Assembly (NCBI GenBank): GCA_027604505.1
Contig: JADIIX010000052.1
Span: 1-64,000 of the forward strand
Length of the DNA stretch: 64,000 nt
Origin: Gonapodya sp. JEL0774
Lineage: Eukaryota
Direction of reading: 5' to 3'
A program made the position numbers and the translations under genes. Of this stretch, positions 24,837 to 44,765 are shown piece by piece (the stretch's first letter is position 1; every line of letters starts with the position of its first letter). The notes below the pieces were generated by a model. The model worked only from the letters and a program-made list of their open reading frames with translations. It was not told the DNA's origin and did no database searches.

Positions 24837-27108
24837 TTATGAATCGCTCTTAGCATCGCCTTTCGGTGACTCCTCTTTGATCTCCACCGAGTTCGAAGTG
24901 GAATCTAGATTGGCTTCCAAGTGCATCTCATCCGCAGTGGTAGCGGCGCCCGTTGGCGGCGAAGCTAAACCTCCCGCTGTCGAGGACGCTCTTGGTAGCG
25001 GTTGACGGGTTGCGCCAGCCTGAGGGTGAGCTCGGGTAGGCATCGGTGACGAGTGCCGGGAAAGGGGTAGGGTTGAGTGTCCCGGTGTAGAGATGGCTGC
25101 AGGAGAAGGCACAGCCGCATCCTTGGAAGTAACAGGTGCTTTAGACGTACGACGAGCATACTGCGCAATGGAAGAAAGAGTTAACAAAGCGATAAACTCC
25201 AGCATAGGCGGGATGTGCGTTTCTTACCGCAGCTCCTGCAAAACCCAATGGCACAACCTGTGGCAGCTCCACTCGAGCGACTTCCTGCAGTTTTTCCGAG
25301 TTCAGAACCAAAAGATAACTCTTCGATTGAAGAGAAGAGTAGATATATGTAATAATGTGTCCCTGATCTTCCCGCGAATCTCCCGAGGGGTCAGGAACAA
25401 AGAGAAGTGTCGAAGGAAAATGCTGAGACTGAGACCAAACAGCTGCAGGAGACTCGGGATGGTCAAGATCCTTGAAGAACATGAACTTACAGTTCAGGTA
25501 CTACGAATCGACACTTGAACCCTCGAAAACCTACTTACAATTTTCACAATCCTCGTCCACCATCTATTCTTCCCCATCACGCTGCAACCATAAACAAAGC
25601 GGTTCTTTCTCGTCCTATAACGGGGATTGATGGTAGGTAGCTCGAGATTGTATACCAATTTCGTCGAACCCGCGAATGGGCTGGATACCTCGCTTGGCGG
25701 AGGTCCTTGTCCCCGAGCTGCGTCATTGAGGGAGAAACGAGATAATGTACCCGATGGTGGTGGTGGAGCATAAGGTGAGGACCGCAGAGAATTGTGAATG
25801 GCATCGTTCTCGTAGGTGGTCATGTCAACATGGATCGTATCCTTGTCCTCAAACGCATTCACAATGCTCAAGCTTGAGAAAACAAAACCAGAGTTGAAAA
25901 CCTCAAAAAACAAGACAATCATCGGTACACGCACCTGTACACTGAGGGTGCTCTGAAAGTGCCGACATGCTGCTTGGATTTACGATGGATCACGTGGAAA
26001 ACTGTCACTCGTAATTTGTCAAACTTGAACATATTCAGAACTGAATCTTGAATTGCCATCACTCGGTTGAAGGGAAACAGTGCCTAAAGATGGGAATACA
26101 CATATGTGTATATAAAGCATACTTATGACACCATAATCAAATGTAGTCGAAAACTCACTAGCACTACAAAGTTTGGGGTGAGCGCAAGGGAGTGGACGAT
26201 GGAACCAGGGCCGGTGACCCTGCAAACGAGATCACCGCCCGGATCCTGTTCGACGTGGGAAGAGAATGAAACAATATTGTAGGTCGTTGACCTGAAAAGG
26301 TCAGAAATCGTTGTTGAATACCCAAGCTGTTCTTTTCTTGCATGCAAAACCCACCACACCCCGGGTGTGTAGACAACTGTGAACGTTTCGCCAGTCTTGG
26401 GATCCACCGCAGGCTTGGCTGACGACATGGTGCCAGCAAACGCTGGATTGATGGACGAATACGTTTCCCAGGCCACGGGTTCGAGAGTGTTTGGGTTGAC
26501 GTACTGTAGCTATGGCATCAGAGTGCAACAGGGGTTCATGCTGTACTCAGAGAAATCATCTCAACAGTTAAACGGTTCCGACCCACCTCTGATGCTTGAT
26601 TCGTACAAACAATTCTCCAATTCTTCCCTTGCTCCCTTGGCCACTCCGTTGTCACGAAGCGTCCCACACAAACACCGTCGGGCTTGGCCTTCTTAGTTTT
26701 AGCCAAGGCGAAAATTGTCCGAGCCAATGCAGACTGGTTGGGATCTGTCCCATATACGCCTGGCCCCATGTATCCAACGGGATACCCGTGGCTTTCGAAA
26801 ATCTTTTTGCGAAGAGTTTGGGCTGTGAGCTTCGAGCTGAATGACACGGAATTCGTGGATACATCAAATCCAACCCGAGACAGAAGAGGAAGACAGTCAA
26901 AGAGACTATCGAATGTAAAATCTTTGGTCTCAGACTCCAATGCTCCTTGCACGTGATACGGGATCGTGAAAGTTCCAGGGCCGACGAAGAAGCATTCCAC
27001 ACCAGCCAAAGAGGCTGGCAAAACAGTGGAGCACTTGATGGAAGTATGCTCTTGCTCTCTTGCATTGCGCAGAGCCGGCAACATGGTGCTCAATCCATCA
27101 GTGGTCAT
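24837..27108 (-). CDS. Carotenoid cleavage oxygenase / RPE65-family homologue lacking three of four iron-binding His, with S/P/T-rich C-terminal tail
   Basis: FFVGPGTF, DSLFDCLPLLSRVGF, SSAKPAVDPKTGE, GSIVHSLALTPNFVV, SIVNAFED, LELPTINPRY..RFVYG, STLLFVPDP..EDQGHII, LLVLNSEKLQEVARVELP..VPLGFAG. The last intron is about 25161-25227 (GTAAGA..GCAG). Confidence 0.85.
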
Positions 27109-27406
27109 GGTTGGGACACCTTCCCAAAGTGACGTGCTGTGAACGATTAGGGGATGCAGGATGATGATCTTGGCCGAATTCAACCACAATTGACAAAAAG
27201 TGAAAGATTGAGATTGCTCGTTCAGCTCCTAAATAGTGTAGATACAAAGAGAGCGTGGAGATAGTACGAGGCTAAAAGTACATCAGAGTGCGGAATGCAA
27301 AGAAAGGTCCATTAGAGAGCGCGAACATTCTGCACAGAAAACAATACGAAATTAGAGTTCGGAAGAACGTCGAACCATAAGGTGCAAGGCATACCGAGTC
27401 CATTGC

Positions 27407-29444
<2,038 letters not shown>

Positions 29445-30217
29445 GTTGATGCCTGGATAAAAAACTGTGTGTTAGTAGCGTGAAGACGAGAGAATCTGAC
29501 GAGTGGGCGGAAGGTGGGCAGAAAGGTTAGACACAGTATTATCGCTGATTTATAGATCGATCCATCTCATGCGACTTCCATCATCGCCGCAGGTGCCGTT
29601 TTTCACTCGAAAGTGGACCGCCGGTGGACTGACCAACGACAAGCAGATTCGAAGCGACAAGCGGAGAGACTCGAGCCAGATTCACGCAGTAGAGTCACTG
29701 TTGGTACGTACAGGGGATTGCGACTGACGATGCTCACAGGGTTCCGGCGCGAGTGTTGTGGGTGAACGAGGAGGATTCAGTTCCCAATTCGACCTCTTAT
29801 ACGTAGCGCTCGGTCCAGCTACTCCTGTGGTCACCGAAACAATTCCAGTTATAATCTTATCAGTTTGCCCCACGTCTATCTATGTATATTGAGATGCTCG
29901 TGATTCTACAGAGTACCCAAGGAATACATTGTCTTTCAAGACATTACAACTTCGGGTTCTTCACGAATTGTGTTCCTTATTATTGATACATTCAGGGAAT
30001 AGCAGCCAATTTGTTCGAGAGAGGGCGGAAATTCAAATGAGCGAGAATAGAGGGAAGATATTTCGGGGAACCCGAGTCAGCAATCTATTTTCCACATGTT
30101 TGCGCAAACATTTGATGCCTAAATCGCATCTGAAATGAACAACACCACAGCCTCAATCACGTCGCTACAGCTGCGAAAATACGGCTCATTTTTCCCGGGA
30201 GTTTGGTGAACAGCACA

Positions 30218-32288
<2,071 letters not shown>

Positions 32289-32546
32289 GTTGCGATATTG
32301 TGATTGGGTTGAGTTTGGTGAGTTTGGTTGTGGTTGATGGAATGGTGAGTCGAGTCAGTTTGTGGCACAGAGCCGCTCCCGTCATCACCCGAACTCCCAG
32401 GAGATAACAATGATGAACTTCAGAAGACATTTGAAAGATGAAGACTACCTCATGATGAATTCGATGTTGTTTTGTGGGATGAAACTACTTTCATTTACAT
32501 AATGTGTTGAATTGCAAAACGAATTCTTGTGGCTTTCGCGGTGCCA

Positions 32547-34394
32547 TTACTCCGCCCCAAACCAGTCCGCAACCCCGACTCTTCCCACAGCACTCTCTAG
32601 TCCGGACATGCGTTCACCGTTTACTTCAGAATCACCGCCACTCTTTGAGTCGTCACTACGCCCACCATCTCTTTCGACTATCACAACTGCCCCAACCCGC
32701 TCACCAAGAACAATAACAGTGTCGTCCCCAAGCCACACACATCCGATCGCCCCGCCTCCTTTAACATTCGATTTCTCTCGCAAATTGTTCTCGTCCCAGG
32801 CAGCTACACCCCCGGCTTCTAGGCCCTGGAGATCAAAGTCGACCAGCCACTCGGGGGCGTACTGGCTACGTGCTTCTGGCTGTGCGTACACGTAGAGATA
32901 CCCCAGTCCCCCACCTCGCTCTCCAGCGCTCGCCGCACCACCTCCGACAAGTGCGGCATATTCCCACCAAGGGTGCCACACAACGAAGCGGAGATCTCTT
33001 CGTCCAGCAGACAGATAACTTAGCGCCGGGAAATTAGCAACGTGGGCAATATCCACAAATCCTTGTTCGAGGTCCGATTCAACTCTCATCTCCCACACGG
33101 ACGCGTCGACATCGGCTTGAAGAAGCATCTGCTTTGGGGACCAGTGGGGGTCTCCCACGGCCAGATATGAGCTCAAAAGAGGCTCAGACGCTTGGATAAT
33201 GTGAGGATGGGGAAGAAGCGACACACGGCTGACGAAGAACGGAGGTAGCGGGGCAATGTCCGGGTCGGCAAAGTCTTCGTCCATAAGAGACGTTGTGGTA
33301 AGAGTGGCGAACGCATCTCCCAGCATCGGCGCAGAACGCTCTCCGGATATTCTAATGCCCGCAGGTTTGCCACTGATAGCGGAAGATTCTGCAGAACTGT
33401 CCTCACCAGAGGATACAGTGCCCGCTGGTCGAACAAACGCTGGATCGGCTTCTGCAAGCTCCAGAATTTGACCAAGCGCAGCCACAGTGAAACCCGTCCA
33501 ATCAGCATTAATTGTCCCTGAAACAGGCACATCTGCACATTGAACGAAAGCTTGTATTGAGGCAAGGAGGGCACGAGACCCATCGAGATATGTTTGGCTT
33601 GGTATCGCGACAATTGAGAGGGAGACGACAAATTGGGAGTCGCGGCGAGGAACTGAGGGGTAGGTGCTGGTAGCTGCCGCGCCGAGCCCGGGCCTCTGGG
33701 AGCTCGTGATTGCTGAAGTGTTAGGTGTGAGTTGATTGAAACAATACCCCAGAATAGCCACCATTGCGTCACTTCCACCCTGTCCGGCAGGTCGAAATGT
33801 GGCATCAAGCAAAGTATTCGGGTGAAGTGGTTCGTGCTCGATATCGACGGTAGCAACAAGGATCCCTTTTGCGTACGGCGTTTGAGCAGACCATTGAACT
33901 AGGTAAAACATGCCCGTGCCCTCTGACACAAGTATCAAGGACGGAGAAAGGACCCGCAGAGTGGAGTGCTCTCGTTTAGGGTTTGAAACAGGCACAGGAG
34001 GTGGGAGCGTAAAGACAGTGTGGAATGAGGGTGTCGTGAAGGACTGACACAATCAACGCAGAATTCTGTTATGAGAGTTGCTTTATTGTGACTCTGGAGT
34101 TGTGTGCGGCGTACGTACTTCATCGAACTCCAGATATACCAAGTTTAAGGAATCATCAAAGAACAGTACTCCCCTCCCCATGTGTGGTTCTGAAAACAAA
34201 TGATTTAGCTTTGAACGTGCATGGAGAAGTAAAAAAGGAGTTGATGATGTTGTTGAAACGAGTGGGTCCCCTGCCCGATGTTCCGGAGGAAGCTCGAATC
34301 TTCGAACTCGCGGAGCTGTCCGCGCGAGACGATATCCATCAAAGGAAGGGTTGATCAGTGATCGGTCAGGTTTGATGGGGATGATGCTTCCCAT
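32547..34394 (-). CDS. NUDCD1: NudC domain-containing protein 1 (NUDCD1/CML66) homologue, two exons
   Basis: N-terminal IKPDRSLINPSFDGYRL, LILVSEGTGMFYLV, DVDASVW, HVANFPALSYLSAGRRDLRFV. These match my recollection of the NUDCD1 motifs PxFDGYKL, DGxG and H..TF.A.GYV.ASK. Confidence 0.78.
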
Positions 34395-35253
34395 TGCCGT
34401 AGAGTTGTCTTTGGTTCACGAAGATGATGAGTCAACACAAACTTGTGAATAACCGGATCTGAAAAGCCGTCTTTCACAATACATAATTGCAAATGTAATT
34501 CAGCGAAGATGTCTGAAAACCGATTGTGGAACTAAAAGGACGGAACGAGTGATGTCGGGACGTACCATTTTAATGGGACAGCATACCATACTCGAAGAAG
34601 ACGAAAAGCTGCTATTTAGTGAGGTATTGGCTTCCTAATATTCGTGTCTTGAATCTTAAAACGAACATGAGGGACTGATGCGTGGAAGGGAAAGGTGGCA
34701 CAGGAACCTTATTTCATTGACAGTCGAAGGTTTGACCCCAGCACCCCCGTTTCCACACCGCCAAATAACATCGGTCCAGACTCCCCAAGGTGAGCCGCAT
34801 CTTCGGGCGCCCTGTCTAGTTGACTCTGGGAACGCCTGGGAGCCCGCATTTGGAGCGGGTGAGACCCTTGGCGCCAACTGGTTGTTACGCCTGGTAGACG
34901 CCGGCGCAACCTGTCACGAGATTTGAACCATTGCGTCTGCTGGCGCAAGCTTGACGAACTGTCGAGAAGAAACAGGATTCCGCGAGCATTTGTGACAACC
35001 TGGACTTCTCTGTCGGGTGGGCTGCCTGATTTTGTCACGCGACGCGAATTCGAAAACTTTGTGGCCGATGAGGGTAACAGACGCGACTTCGGTACTGATT
35101 TGACATCTTTCCTCCATTTCCTCTAGTCAATGTGAGAGAGACGTACTACTCGACGCGAGACTGTCTGTTCGTTGTGTTTGGATATGGCCAATTAATTAAA
35201 CGGCGTCCCATCTCCAGCAACTCCCCACAAAACTAGCTGAAACCAGATTTGAC

Positions 35254-37319
<2,066 letters not shown>

Positions 37320-38445
37320 ACGTTTTCAAGTAAGTCTCCGGTGCGACTGTGGGAATTGATGCATGCATTTACTGTGGTGTGATTTTCCTTGAACATCTCG
37401 CACATCATGTCTCTCTTACGGTTCAGTTTTATGCACAAGATAAAAGGGTTTCAAAGAACCCGCCCGGACCTTGGCTCGATAGCTGTGACTATTTTTAGAC
37501 ATTGTTTGGAGCTGTTCTTTATTTCTGTGTGCATTACCCTCTCTCTGTATCTACCCGACAATTGTACAATACGACGATATTATCCCACAAGTTGAATCAG
37601 CTCAATTTACCCTATCATCGTCAATGTGCAAGGTGTTCCACCTTTTTGAGCGGTTTCATATACCCACTGTATAATGAGCAACCACTGTCATGAGTGACAG
37701 CCCGAAGGGACACCGGGATCAAATAAATAATAATTCATTTCTTTGACTACATACTTTCTTGTATTTTTTTAATCAAATTTCGGACCTTCAACTGGTTGAC
37801 AGTGTTAGGCGACAAAATTTTCCGAGGGTTTGATGAGCTGGTTGCCCGTCCCTCCCAAACTCAACTTGCCACCTCCTGTGCGAAACTTTCAAGATACCAA
37901 ACGGTCCCATCCGTTCTCGAACACCAATCTGAGCCTTCTCTCTCCAATATCTGATCATTGTTGCTCGATAGTGAGTGATGTTCCCCATCAGATCACCCAT
38001 CTCCTTTGGCGTCTTCAGTCTTGGCGAGCCAAAGACAGCCAGTGAATTTATCAGGAGCCGCCAAGTCTGCCACAATGTGTTGCTAATAGCAGTTGAAGCT
38101 CATCAACGGTCGTGATGGACCGCGTATTCCAGAAGGACCGGTCTTTTGCGCCTGTCGGGTGATTCTGGACGCAAGAGCCAGAGGGAGGGTCTTCAACCGA
38201 CCAGAGATGAGGAATCTCGTGACAATCAATCTGAGTGCGACCTGGTCTTCCATCTCGTTGTGATCAAACTCGACCTGTGGAAGTCAATTCTCTTGCGCGT
38301 CGCCATTTGTTGCTCATCACATTCCCAACCTGCTCTTTGACTTTAGGAGACTCGAGCTCGGCAAATATCGAGCAAATAACGATATCCTAAGCTTTCAGGT
38401 TACGTGTTCGTCTATCACTCGTCTCTGCAATAAATCAACGAAAGC

Positions 38446-39736
38446 ATGGCCGACGTGCAAGAAAGAATAAATGCCGCAAGGAAGGAAGCCGAGTCATTGA
38501 AGGAGAAGATCAAACAAAAAAAGGAGGCGCTAGCCGACACGACGCGTGAGTTTGGCCGCGTGGAGCCTATCGAAGAGTGGATGTCCGCGATTTTGCGTTT
38601 TCTTGCAACTCACTGACAAATTTGTTCGATTCCTGCTCCTTCACCTCCAGTACGTGTAATTTCAGGAGAAGTGGAAGCGCTCCCACGTATCGGAATGAAA
38701 GTCAGACGAACCCTAAAGGGACATTTGGCAAAGATTTACGCAATGCACTGGGGAATGGATAAGAAGCATTTGGTTTCAGCATCTCAGGACGGCAAGCTCA
38801 TCGTTTGGGACGCTGTCTCCACAAACAAGATTCACGCCATCCCTCTCCGTTCGTCCTGGGTCATGACGGCGTCATATGCACCATCAGGCAACTTCGTCGC
38901 TTGCGGTGGTCTTGATAATTTGTGCTCCATTTACAACCTCAAGTCCAAGGACACAGCCGGCAAAGTCGCTCGAGAGCTATCTGCGCACACAGGCTACCTC
39001 TCCTGCTGTCGATTCCTTTCGGATCGTCAAATCCTCACCTCCTCCGGTGATATGTCTTGCATGCTCTGGGATATCGATTCGGGAATGAAAGTTCTGGAGT
39101 TCCAGGATCACACTGGAGATGTTATGAGTCTTTCCCTGAATCCGAATAACCAAACTTTCGTGTCCGCCGCTTGCGACGCGACAGCAAAACTGTGGGACAT
39201 CAGGACGGGCAAGTGCGTGCAGACATTCCTCGGTCACGAGTCAGACATCAACGCCGTTCAGTGAGTACTGAATTTGCACCTGTTCCTCTCACGGAACTAA
39301 AATCTCATTGCCTCCCTTTCGTTGCCACACTTCCTCAGGTTTTTCCCGTCCGGCGATGCATTTGGTACTGGTTCTGACGATGCTTCCTGCCGCCTGTTTG
39401 ATCTTCGTGCAGACCGAGAATTAAACCAATACACCCACGACAATATCCTCTGCGGTATCACTTCCGTGGCGTTCAGTATTTCCGGCCGGCTTCTGTTCGC
39501 AGGTTATGATGACTTCAACTGCAATGTATGGGATACTCTCAAGGGCGAGAGGGTGGGCGTGTTGGCCGGACACGAGAATCGCGTCTCTTGCCTTGGTGTG
39601 AGCTCGGACGGTGTCGCGCTCTGCACGGGAAGTTGGGACGCGACTTTGAAGGTAAGGACACGTGTGAATGGATGAATTTCATAATCGTTCTATTTTTGCC
39701 AACATGATGATATTCTTCCGTTAGGTGTGGGCTTAA
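38446..39736 (+). CDS. GPB1: Heterotrimeric G-protein beta subunit
   Basis: [23 protein letters not shown] coiled coil, [94 protein letters not shown]. Confidence 0.97.
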
Positions 39737-40085
39737 ATTCGCAACACCATGTTCTCCGCTTGAACCTAGACAAACATACATCGTACTCTTCAACCTCACC
39801 TTCATGTGTACATTACTGAGAAATATTTGGTGTTTCGAGAATGGGTGGTAGAGCGAACTTTCACACCTTAGCGGATTTGACGTTGGGCCATCCTCAAATA
39901 GCTCAAGGCAGCGCCATATTCTTGCAGTTGGTAGCAAGGCAAAGCTCTTTACTTGTACATCACTTTGTTAAACTCAAATTAATACAACAAATCAATGGTG
40001 TAAAATTTTGGCCACCAAATGGCGGTGTTTATTTGGAGAAACGACCACACGGCTATGTCGTAAATCACATCACCGTACACATTGA

Positions 40086-41046
40086 CTACACGGCTATGTC
40101 GTCAATCACATCTCCGTAAACATTGACCCTCTTTGTATCAAATCCAGTTCCGTTCCAGAACGTTGAGAACCGCATTAGTGTGGCGTCTGAAACTCGTGCG
40201 GTCTGTCCATTCGTCGCCTCACTATTTGCAGTCTTGTCAGGCTCATTCATGAGCTGTGCAGCTTCAGTGTTCTGAGGTATTTCGTACGTAAAAGGAGGTA
40301 TGCTCCCAATCGTATCCGATAGCGTCACAGATACCTTGGTGCTGCCTGTTGTAAAGATGCGAAAATTGTGAGGAGGACCATTCACGAGAGGTAATGTCAA
40401 CGGAGTTTGTTGCTCTGATGCTCCCGTGGTGTTCTTGAGGGTCACAGATACGTTTGTGCTGTTGTCCACGACAATTGTGCGAACTTGGTCAGGAGTGAGG
40501 ATGATATTGATGTCTTGACAACGTATGAGGGTGAGCGTTGCTAAAATAGGGCCAGTATGAATAGTGATTTGTTTGCATCTGTAAGGACCAAAAATGAAGT
40601 CATGTTTTCATGGAGGATGAGGTTGCTTGAAAGCACACGCAAGGCATTCAACCCTTCTCCCCACCTCTCAACCGTCACATCGGGCGATCTGTACGCCGAC
40701 AAATCAAATCTTGACCTCTCGCACTCGGTAATGAAAAACGGGCGCGGCCGGTTCGGTTCCGGATTCACAGTGATGGATTCATCGTTGACGCTCTTGTAGA
40801 TCTGACGAGGAGCGCGAGTGCCCATCAACGCGAATAGACCCGCAACTTGGCTTCGGTTCAGTTGCATCGCCAGAAGTGTTGTTTTGGCTTGTTAGATGGA
40901 CAATACAATAATAAATAATACGATGAAGAATGGCAAATAGGCCACATGAAGGGTTCACCCGCCCCCAACCAATCTGTTGGAAGCTTGATTGGAGCAGAGA
41001 ATATAATATTCGCGGAATCAGATACAATGGGGGTTGGAATGTACAT
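40086..41046 (-). CDS. Hypothetical multi-exon protein; possible short C-CAP/cofactor-C-like beta-helix segment
   Basis: Minus-strand ORFs 40858-41046, 40541-40867 and 40086-40469. The segment TLIRCQDINIIL..TIVVDNSTNVSV has beta-helix-like periodicity (weak). Confidence 0.35.
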
Positions 41047-41677
41047 AGTTTGGTCGGCACCAATCCAAGAAAGAACTTAGTTATTGATTGTTATTCTTTT
41101 CAGAGGTAGGCAGAGAACTTTTGGGGTCAATTGGGTTCTCAACGTTGAAATGCGTGAACTAGTGGTTTGCATAGTTTGACATTGCGGAGACAAGCATATA
41201 ACACACGTGAAAGAGATGATTTTGGATCTCTTTCTTGTAGTGTCTTTTCTAGCGACATTGTTGTTTGCGCCGTCATTGCCGTCTGTGGATTAGCTTCGCG
41301 CGCTTTTAGAGGTGAGACCAGCTGACTGACAGTTTATTGTAAAGAGACACACTCAAGTAGTCTCCTGCTTGTTTCTCCGCAGGCTGTCTCATAATGCGCT
41401 CCCTCACGCTTGCATTATTACAATTACGTGTTCCTACAGATGACCGATGTTACTCGTGAGTATTACAACGATAAAAACCAAGTGGTTCTCTGACTTCAAT
41501 CCACAAATCCGATTACTACCACCCAAAGAAAGGCAAATGTCCAACGCCGTTCCACGGTTAATCTCCTGTGTCCGTCCTACATCACGAGCCCACCGTGTTC
41601 GGCAACTATTGAATCAGTGGACGGGTGCATGCCGAGAAGAAAAAGTTGCATGAACACTCTCATTATCACATAATATC

Positions 41678-41968
41678 TTAGTCCCCGTTGGCAAACTCAC
41701 CTCGTCCAAGCTCCGTAAAGTACCTGTTCAATGAGTCCTGTACCTTGGTCCACACACGTTTCCCCTTCCCCTCCTCTCCCTCTTCCTTTCTGTTCGACCC
41801 CGACGACCCCGACGATTTGCCGCTCGCGTCACTCCTTTCTCTCCGGTCGGTGATGCCTCGCCGTGCCGCCTGTGGTTCAGTTTCAGACTCAGGCACTTCG
41901 ACGAATGCAAATCCGTGCAAGTCGGCGACGATGAAGGGGACAGAGGGTCTGCGGTTGCTCGACGACAT
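41678..41968 (-). CDS. Small hypothetical protein (about 96 aa)
   Basis: Single ORF MSSSNRRPSVPFIVADLHGFAFVEVPE..RVWTKVQDSLNRYFTELGRGEFANGD* in a GC-rich island between AT-richer flanks. Confidence 0.35.
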   Translation of the reverse strand: MSSSNRRPSVPFIVADLHGFAFVEVPESETEPQAARRGITDRRERSDASGKSSGSSGSNRKEEGEEGKGKRVWTKVQDSLNRYFTELGRGEFANGD

Positions 41969-42217
41969 GACGGACTGGTGCTCGATTGTTGATAGTGTTA
42001 ATCTCACAAAGATTGAATGAAATGCTGGTGATAAAATATCAAAGGTTTGCGGCTGAGCAAAGTTTTGCGCACTTTCAGCTGTGTCTCCCGATCACGTCAT
42101 CCTCGATCACTCAAGTAGGAGACCCGTACATATATGTTAAGTGTTCAAGTCCCCAACTAGCCCCATGCATTTCATTCAATGATTACACGGATTAAAACAA
42201 ATCTTGGTATACACAAG

Positions 42218-43223
42218 TCAAAGCACCGCTTTCTCTGTTTGGCGAAGAGAGAATCGTCTGGTCCCAACCAACTCCAAAGCGCTGTCTATTTCGGAGATCT
42301 GATTGGCGGCTTTGCATGGTTGGAGTTTTGAGAGATTGTGCAAAAATGAAGGAAAAGGTTTGACAACACACCTGCAAAATCGATATCAGACTTCTCCCCA
42401 TACACAACCTCAGCGAGTAGGATAGATATGTATGCAGTCATACCAAACACGGTGTGTTTGACGATCTCGCCGTTTGGATGGAGATGATGGTGGTCCCACA
42501 ACTGTGCTGGCCCGGCATACAACGTCGTCGTATCTTACAACCAGTTGCAACACAACAATCCACCCACATGCATGCGCCACGCGTCCCGTCTCCGCTCTGC
42601 ATGCGTGTCGTACCATCGATAGTGTGGTCCACGTTTCATGAATGTACGCAGTGGCATTCGAAATGCCCACGCAACTTCGTCCGGATTGGGGACGGGGATG
42701 AAGTCGGGATCCAGCAGACCCACAATGGGTGTGACAAGAAGGTTGTTCTTGGAGACATGGAGATCCAGCTTTCCGAGAACAAGAACTGCATCTGACGTAA
42801 TTCCAACTTCTTCGTGAGCTTCGCGGAGTGCCTATGTATGGTCTTTTAGCTGAACCACTTCCAGGCCCCGCGGCAAGTATACCGTTCCAACTTACCGTCA
42901 ACTCTGGTCGTGTGTAGTCCTCATGTTCATCTCGTCGACCACCTGGATATGCAACGTCACCGCCCATGGATCGGAGATGCTTTGTTCGTTCCGTCAGGAG
43001 GATGTCAAAGTCGTCGTTTGACAAATTCGGAATCAGACAACAGAGCACAGACGCTCGATTTTCCGGTCCGAAGATATCTTCCTGCGGGGTGTATGTCTTG
43101 AGAGAACAGGACGATTGCTTTAAAAAAGAATCGGAGGAAGAGAGGATCGGATCTTACAACGACTCTCCTCGCCATCATGCGAAGATTCGGCGCCAAGCTC
43201 TCCAGGGAAGGTTTCCGCATCAT
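42218..43223 (-). CDS. Nudix hydrolase, CoA pyrophosphatase (PCD1/NUDT7/NUDT8) type
   Basis: RASVLCCL, ILLTERTKHLRSMGGDVAYPGGRRDEHE (UPF0035-like motif plus Nudix start), ALREAHEEVGI, VTPIVGLL, PNPDEVAWAFRMPL, VFGMTAYI. The start is tentative; predicted end ..TEKAVL*. Confidence 0.85.
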
Positions 43224-43370
43224 TGTACTCGCATGTAGACAGTCCCTGACAAATTACCAATAGAGTTGATGGAGGATATCGGAAATTTGTTTCCGGTTTG
43301 GCTAAGATACCCCTTTGTGACGAAATATCCTCTGCCGAACGACGAACACTCTCGATTTCAGATTTCAGTC

Positions 43371-44765
43371 ATGACCGGAACCATCCCCACCGTCCTGATA
43401 AATTGCCCGGTCTATTCCTCCTTCATCGATGCTGTTCGAACGCGAGGCGTGAATGTCCTCGGCCCGTTCGACAATCTCTTGGCCACGATCCGGACTGGCT
43501 CTCAGAAGGAGCGAGAAGCTATCGCAAGGGCGTCGTACATGATTACATTTGGGACCGTTGGTACTCCTGAATCGCTGATTGAAGCCCTGCCCAACTTAAA
43601 AGGGGTGACATGCTTTGGGAGCGGTGAGTTGTGATATGCTTTTACAGCTCAGGCCCATGAAGTTGACACTTGCGTCATTCATTTTCCATTGGACAGGCTA
43701 TGAAGGTGTTGGTAGGTTCTGGATGACGAACTTTCTTGCTACATACAGAGGGGCCAAACTCTATCCAACACAGATCTGGAAGCGTGCCGCAAGCGCGGCA
43801 TATTAGTAGCACACTCCCCTGATGCCAACTCATCCTGTGTGGCGGACCTGTGTATGGTGAGCAGTGACTTCTTTCAGCCCCTCAACACGATGATACCGAC
43901 CCTCCACATGAAATTGGAAACAGGGCCTCATTTTGAACGTCACCCGACGCCTCGTTAGCGCCGACAGATTCATTCGAACGGGAGTGTGGAACAAGTCTCC
44001 GTCTGCGGCCTCGGGAATCACTCCGGGGAATATGTTTGCGAAAGTTGGCACACCTCGGGGACTTGGCCAGCTTAAATTAGGTGTTTTAGGCCTTGGCGCT
44101 ATCGGTCATAAAGTTGCATTAAGGGGACAAGCGTTTGAGATGGAGGTTGGCTACCACAACCGCACGAAGAGAGCGGATGTTAATCCGGAGTACAGTGAGT
44201 TTACGTTTGTGATACTCGAGTCTGCTTGGTGTGACCCGTCAGCCTTTCACATGATGTCAATTTTCTTTGCGAACGTGTTTTGCACTTCTTCTCCTCGCCA
44301 CAATCCAAAGAGTACTTCCCCGCGCCCGTGGAACTCGCCCGCTGGTGCGACGTCCTCGCCGTTTGCATCCGCGCTTCCCCCGAAACCCGACACATTGTCA
44401 ACTCAGAGCTTCTCACCGCACTAGGTCCCGATGGGTTTGTCGTCAACATTTCTCGCGGTCACGCAGTCGACGAGAAGACTCTTGTACGGTTTCTTCAAGA
44501 GGGCAAATTGGCCGGCGCGGGCTTGGATGTGTTTGAGAGGGAACCTCTGGTGGAACCTGAGTTGATGAGAATGGGGATTGACGAGTCGGGAGCTGGTCCG
44601 TACTTGGTACTGGCACCACATGTGGGTGGTCAGACGCAGAGAGCTCGGGATGGTATGTCTTCGTCTACACTGAAGAATCTAGACTACTTCTTGGAAGGTC
44701 GAGGGGCTGCAACGGTTGTTCCAGAGATGAAGGAATGGGCCAAGGGGAAGGAGTGGAAACCGTGA
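43371..44765 (+). CDS. D-isomer-specific 2-hydroxyacid dehydrogenase (glyoxylate/hydroxypyruvate reductase-like)
   Basis: LIEALPNLKGVTCFGSG|YE, VAHSPDANSSCVADL, LGVLGLGAIGHKVALR, VVNISRGHAVDE, AGAGLDVFEREP, LAPHVGG (catalytic R/E/H present). Confidence 0.92.

Noticed and set aside
34680..34765. tRNA-like segment (GTGGAA..TTCCAC ends, GGTTTGACCCC T-loop-like)
   Set aside because: I could not build a cloverleaf with D and anticodon arms. tRNAscan-SE would settle it.
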